Shown here piece after piece: positions 57,460-64,000 of a stretch of DNA of 64,000 nucleotides. The position numbers and the translations under genes are program-made. Below the pieces are notes generated by a model. That model was given only the letters and a program-made list of their open reading frames with translations, ran no database searches and had not been told where the DNA came from. Each line of letters starts with the position of its first letter. Within the stretch, counting starts at the first letter, position 1. Source of the DNA: Eledone cirrhosa (lineage: Eukaryota); contig OZ024755.1 of NCBI GenBank assembly GCA_964016885.1, positions 3,906,001 through 3,970,000 of the forward strand, given 5' to 3'.

Positions 57460-57649
57460 TAGAATGAGAAATTAAAGAAGAAATAGAAAGATTGAGAAGT
57501 TTCAGCAGTGGCAGAAAAGTTGTATTTTCTCGTTCAGGACTCAATGTAGCTATTATGCGAGGACGCAGGAGTGCAATTGATTCAATGATATATTATATGC
57601 GGAGACATTTATATAGTTTCTTTGATATCTTCTCAGATATATGGAGAAA

Positions 57650-57935
57650 CTATAACGTATATTTATGGATGTCTCTGTGCTGGAAGAACGTGTTCGTAAT
57701 AGAGGGTCAATTGCTGGAACAGAAGTCTAGTAAGTCCTCTCCATTCGTATTTAGATCGGGGTCACCATTCCTTTCAATCAATCCTTTCTATGTCAGGTCC
57801 TCAGTGCCAACATGTACATTGAAGTCTCCCATCAGGATATATAACTCAGTCTTAACTACATCTAACTCTGCAGTAGCTTCATCAAGGAAGGACCTGTATT
57901 CGGAACCTTGTTTGGTGCATAAACTTGCGCCACCC
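57650..57935 (-). mobile_element. RTE-clade LINE AP-endonuclease fragment
   Basis: EYRSFLDE..ILMGDFNVHVG..*KGLIERNGDPDLNTNGEDLLDFCSSN*PSITNTFFQHRDIHKYT contains the APE motifs GDFN.HVG and NG..LLDFC..ITNTFF.H. Confidence 0.88.
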
Positions 57936-58071
57936 ACAGAGGTGGTGATGATGATGATGATGTGGGGGAGGAGGGGAAGGCGGAGGAAGATTATGATAAT
58001 CATGGATCATAACAATTGCAGTGGGGCGTGCTAATGATGAATGATGATGATGATGACGACGAAGACAGGTA

Positions 58072-58330
58072 ACAACAACAACAAAGACATCATCAACAAC
58101 AAGAACAACAAAGACACCAACAACACCAACAAAAACAAGAACAACAAAGACACCAACAACACCAACAAAAACAACAACAACAAAAACATCAACAACACCA
58201 ACAACAAAAATACCAACAACAATAACAATAAAAACACCAACAAGCAGCCGCAGCAGAAGTAGCAAAACAAAAACAATATATATATGTATATATATATATA
58301 TCACAACAACAATAACAACAACAACAACAA
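58072..58330. repeat. (AAC)n-derived low-complexity tract
   Basis: Direct reading. Confidence 0.93.
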
Positions 58331-58780
58331 AATGAAAAGTCAGAATTAAGAAAAGAGAATAAGGTAAACCAGGAACATCAATTTGGAATTCAAGAGAAAA
58401 GTATTTGTCTAGAAGTTTCAGCAATTGGAAGACGCCAGACAGTTGTCTCCCAAATATTCTTGGTATGACTCAGTCTTAAGATACCGCCGCCATTTTAAAT
58501 AACATTTTATTCAGTACGTCCTTATGCTGACATTTTGCGTGATATTCAATCTTGGTAAATTAGGCGCCATTTTGAATACTTTATATAGTCGGTTGTTTTG
58601 TTGTTGTTTTTGTTTTATTTCGAACATACAACGGAAATTCTATTGGGAGAGCAATTAATATGTGGTCATTACTAACTATGAATATCTTACATGTCAGTGA
58701 GTTGAGGGAATGAACGTGTGTGTGTGTGTGCGCGCGCGCGTGCGATAATAAGTTTGGAATCTTCTATACGTACACAACTG

Positions 58781-58885
58781 ACAAGGGTCGGCTGAAAAGT
58801 TCATTTCATAGGCTAACCAAGATACTCTCATGGAATGATCAAATGAGGTTTATTTTTCAACATAGTCGCTATTGAATTTTGAACG
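58781..58885 (+). mobile_element. mariner-like MITE fragment
   Basis: ACAAGGGTCGGCTGAAAAGTTCAT..GGTTTATTTTTCAACATAGTC resembles mariner TIR and sub-terminal sequence (from memory). Confidence 0.55.
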
Positions 58886-59070
58886 AATGAAAACAAGTTT
58901 GTTGGATATGTTATATATTAAGAATTGAAATAGAAATAGCTTTCACTGTTTTACTATAATATAGTCTAATAAAGAGGCCTGTATAAACCCACTGAATAAA
59001 AAAAAGATTGGTCTGCTGACACCCATCTTTGTCTGTTAAGTTGGTTTATACGCCCCATTATTAGACTATA

Positions 59071-59247
59071 TTGTTTTTACTTTTTGGCACAAGGCCAGCA
59101 AATTATCCAGTGCATTACTGATACTTTATTTTATCGACCCCGTAAGGATGAAAGGCAAAGTTAACCTCGGCGGTATTTGAACTCAGAATGGCAAGGGCCG
59201 TAACTCTATGCGTCAAAGTATGGCGTCCGACCCTCTACCGATACTGC
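59071..59247 (-). mobile_element. SINE family A
   Basis: Reverse complement of the family A pattern. Confidence 0.92.
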
Positions 59248-59824
59248 ATTATAGTCAAATATATTACGACGAAAGCTTCTATTTCAATTCTAACCTTCGT
59301 TCGCCACGTTCCAAACATACTTCCTTTGGTATATATTTGTTTATTCGTTCATTGATGTGTGTAGAATAATGTTGTGTAAATATATCTAAGCTGCTTATTA
59401 GTTTTTTATATTTATTTCGGAAAACAAACCAAATCTAGCCTTGAGAAGACCAGAAATTAAATAGCATTTTATAAGTGATCCACAGTAACATATATTATTA
59501 TATACTTTTATTTTGTTTTTGTAACCAATTTGTCGGGAAGCCAAACTGCTGTCATCGGATACCATGGCGACGAACTGTAAAACAATATTCATCGTTCCAA
59601 TAAATGAAGTGATGTGATTCTATGTCACAGAAACGCTGATACCATATTTTAATTGGAAGTAAAATATGTTGTTTTGTTTCTCCACAATATTGATATAGAC
59701 GCAGAACAAGTGTTTCTTAGAACCGTGTACAATTGTTGCAGATCTCACTCGACAAACATTACTGGAAATTGTGGAATAATTACTTGAAATTGTGGAATAA
59801 TTGTGGAATAATTGTGGAATAATT

Positions 59825-60190
59825 ATGGTTTCTAATTTAGACACAATGCCAGCAATTTGGTGGGGAAGAGGAAAGTCTGGAAAGTTTATTTATTCGACCC
59901 CAGTACGTTACTGCTACTTTATTTTATCGACCCCCGTAAGGATGAAAGACAAAGCTAAGCTCGGTGAGATTTGAAGTTAAAACGTAATCGACCGTAACTC
60001 TACGCCGCAAAATATGTTGGCCGATGCTCTACTGATACTCTCAATCCAAAGCCCTTTAAAATAATGGTTTCTGATTCAGGTACAAGGCCAACAATTTGGT
60101 TGGGTAGAGGAAAGTCGATTAAATCGACCCCAGTGCGTTACTAGTACTTTATTTTATCGACCCAGTAAGGATGAAAGGCAGAATTAATCT
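59825..60190 (-). mobile_element. two longer-tailed family-A-related SINE copies
   Basis: TACTTTATTTTATCGACCC core twice, with the extra GAGGAAAGTC segment. Confidence 0.85.
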
Positions 60191-60211
60191 CGAAATTGAG
60201 TTGCAGCCATC

Positions 60212-60253
<42 letters not shown>

Positions 60254-60357
60254 TTATCCGTAGTGTTGTAATATGAATATTATACACAGTAGATGGACAG
60301 CTCACGTAGGGTTTGCTCGACGGTTCCAGTTGTAGTTTCAAAAGTAATCCGGAGAAA

Positions 60358-60574
60358 ATAGAAGGATTTAAATGGATACAGTTCAGTAAAAGGAATTTAT
60401 TGACACGTGTTTCAATAACAGTTATATGAAATGGTAGTTGAAAATAACATTGAAATATTGAGTGTCTGCATAATTAATACTTTGTAGATAGCAGCTGTTT
60501 TCAGGTTATATAACTGTTATTGAAACACGTGTCAATAAATTCCTTTTACTGAACTGTATCCATTTAAATCCTTC

Positions 60575-60577
<3 letters not shown>
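60358..60577. repeat. perfect 70-bp inverted duplication containing the 3' half of a hammerhead
   Basis: Arms at 60358-60427 and 60508-60577; arm contains GAAAC-ACGT-GTC. Confidence 0.9.
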
Positions 60578-60607
<30 letters not shown>

Positions 60608-60619
60608 GTATATATTTGG

Positions 60620-60770
60620 CCACTCTCGGTCACGAATGACCATGGTTTTGCACCTAGAAAGTTTCCCTCCGAGGCACAAGCCTGGGCAAAGTTTCTTTTG
60701 TGGAAGACCATCAGTCGCCCGGGTATTCCAGTCTCCCCTCTCCACGCCACGCATGTTGTCCAAGGGAAAT
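60620..60770 (-). mobile_element. SINE/LINE 3'-tail fragment (tail type 4)
   Basis: Homologous to 49835-49980. Confidence 0.8.
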
Positions 60771-61786
60771 GCATATATATATGTATATATATATATATAT
60801 TTATGTATGCATGTATGAATATATGTATGTATATATGTATTCACGCATTTATATAGCTATTTCGAGTAGATCAAAATACATAGAATCTACTGTAGATTCT
60901 GTTTAAGTAATTTTACTTATTCAGAAGTTGTGAAAAGATGCGTGGTTCACCTAAATATTCTGGCTTTATAGATTTACAGCACTTATCCAAACTTCCACTT
61001 ATCTGAAATACTAAGTAAAGTATGTCTGATTTCACTTCATGACACAATGCCCAATACAGAATAATATATATGTGTATATATATATATAGTGGAGAATATG
61101 TGTATGCATATGCATACAAATACATAGTAACAATCACACATACACACAGATATATTTATATATACACACACACACATATAAATATATATATATATATTAC
61201 ATAATATTGCTTGCTATATGTTTCACTGGTTTGTGCGTGTTCAAGCAGTCGGTTTCATTTGTATTTTAGACTCTAGCTACCATATATACTGAAATATAGT
61301 GAATGGTTATCGAAATATGAGAGGTGAACATTATGACCAAATTCTATTCAATTCGATTTATTTCTTCATTTGCTACTATTTCTCGCTACAGACACGATTC
61401 ACTCCATTCTTTATCCCTAGTTTCCTGCGAACGAGCACTATATAGAAACGGTAGCCAACTGAATATTTGCTTAAGAACTCATTAATGACATTTCAGAAAC
61501 GCAGAATATGTTAGAACTATCTCAATAGCGTCAACTAAAATGTCTTGAATATTACTCGAAATACTCCCATTATTGCTGTCCTTATGTCGAAGATATGTGA
61601 TTTGTGATTTTTGAGAAAATATAATCGATTCCTTGCCCTTTAGTAAACACAACATAGACACACTATGTATTGAGCATTCAATTTGATTTATCCTAAAGAA
61701 TTCACTTGTTTCATTCAATACATCTTTTGCTGAACTATGAATCATATTATAATTTTTCCATTGCACGTGGACAGAAACCTATATAT

Positions 61787-62279
<493 letters not shown>

Positions 62280-62452
62280 CGCGTGTGTGCGCGTATTTAT
62301 AGTGGTAACTGGCATTGCCTATGTGCTGAATATTTCCAACAAAATCTTCTTTATGTTGGACTTAAATTATTGAAATTATAGCAATATTCTATAAAGTTCT
62401 TTATATACACACTGATTAATACACCTACACATACAGATTCGGTGACACAAGT

Positions 62453-62498
<46 letters not shown>

Positions 62499-62962
62499 AC
62501 CTACTTGAGCTGATCAGTGGCGAAACGCGCGTCACCAACCATTAAAAGTAATGAAGGGGTAACCAATCGTCCTTGTTATTTTATTTCACTATATATATAT
62601 GTATATTAATAGCTACATAGAGAAAACTAAGGAAGATGGTTGGTGTGTTTTCAAAATCATTGCAAATCCGTATATGATTTACTTGATGATATTCCGGTTT
62701 CTATAGATCTTTAAACTACAGAAATAAATCTTGAGCCATTAAAGCCTAGGATGAAAACCTTACACTAGTTTTTTCCGGATATTTTTTTCTGTTCAAATCC
62801 TGACGTGGTCAAGTTTGTCTTTCATCATTTCTGAGTCGATTGTATAAAGTGTCTTTTTAAAACCACCACATGTGACTCTCACGTGACTTTAGTCCAGCCT
62901 AAACCATCGCAAGCATTTTTAGGTTTGAGATTATTATCTGCCTTATCTTACGCCACACCTGA

Positions 62963-63093
62963 GTGCTATTAATGGAGCTTAAACCTCCACAAACGTTGTT
63001 CAATCTAAGGTTATCATCATCATCATCATCATCGTTTAACGTCCATCTTAAATTGAAGAACGTTTGTGGAGGTTTAAGCTCCACTAATGGCAC
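62963..63093. repeat. 47-bp inverted duplication around a (CAT)n spacer
   Basis: GTGCTATTAATGGAGCTTAAACCTCCACAAACGTT versus AACGTTTGTGGAGGTTTAAGCTCCACTAATGGCAC. Confidence 0.88.
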
Positions 63094-63672
63094 ATGCAAA
63101 TATATTTACAGTTATATACACGTGTTGGTGGGCACACGTATGTTTATATAATTGTATATTTATATCAACAATTATTTGGCACTGTGTTCTTCTAATATTA
63201 ATATATAGCAAAACCAAGAAAGAATTTCCCGCTTCCTTTTTGCAATTTAAACAGCCATTGGTTACAGGTGAAAATTACAACTACCTCTTAGTGACCTTGC
63301 GTTTAACTGCTAAGACACGAAATTGATTCGTGTGATGGCTGTAGGCGTATATATCTAAACTCTTTATTCTTCGACTGACTGTCTTACACAGCTCCTAGCG
63401 TATCTCTTGATGATGTTTGTTACTATTTCCTCGACTTGGAAAACATAAAGAAACTTGAACATAATTTCAAAAGGTAATACAAACGGCGTGTATCAAATGA
63501 TATTTCCAGAAGGAACGGCGACGCGTGGTGGTAAAAACGTTATCAGATATAAGAATGGAATAGTCGAAAAGGAAGATCTGAGAAGATGCCTGCTGAACCA
63601 AGTAGAAAGTTAATGAACATAAGGTTTTTTCTGTTTATTCAGTCAGACACTTTTCATGTTCTTATGTATGTA

Positions 63673-63723
<51 letters not shown>

Positions 63724-63794
63724 GTGTGTGTCTTTCGTTTCTTCTTCATATTAGTAAGCAGCAGTAGTGGATATCAAATATTTCTTGTTCTAGT

Positions 63795-64000
<206 letters not shown>

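Noticed and set aside
61482-61766. 94-aa ORF faintly like a hAT transposase segment (SSNIQDILVDAI)
   Set aside because: Similarity is too short; needs BLASTX.
62505-62540. Functional hammerhead CTGATCA-GTGGC-GAAAC-GCGC-GTC
   Set aside because: G8 substituted and stem II collapsed; counted only as a decayed 3' half.

Overview
AT-rich eukaryotic genomic DNA, very dense in microsatellites and repeats. The SINE, RTE and MITE repertoire looks cephalopod, most likely Octopus; this is inferred from remembered repeat families, not from a search. No intact protein-coding gene is recognisable, and almost every entry in the ORF track is a translation of (TA)n, (CA)n, (CT)n or (TACA)n tracts. Contents: (1) about 25 copies or fragments of a ~185-bp tRNA-derived SINE (family A), several with clean 14-18 bp TSDs; (2) 7 CORE-type SINEs with a shared head and four different 3' tails; (3) decayed RTE-clade and CRE-clade LINE fragments; (4) Tc1/mariner, piggyBac-like and hAT MITEs; (5) many mini- and microsatellites. 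The strongest signal is a set of unrelated short elements sitting in or beside (TA)n tracts. They carry minimal type-I hammerhead ribozyme motifs (canonical cores at 32905-32959, 47566-47627 and 57423-57459; a one-base variant at 44520-44574) and self-derived inverted duplications that often turn at the ribozyme, as expected for non-autonomous Penelope-like or retrozyme-type elements. Also notable: a 304-bp foldback element made of two convergent tRNA-like Pol III units, and a minisatellite built from a SINE A-box. A few weak exon and promoter candidates are flagged. Repeat boundaries were read by eye and are approximate.
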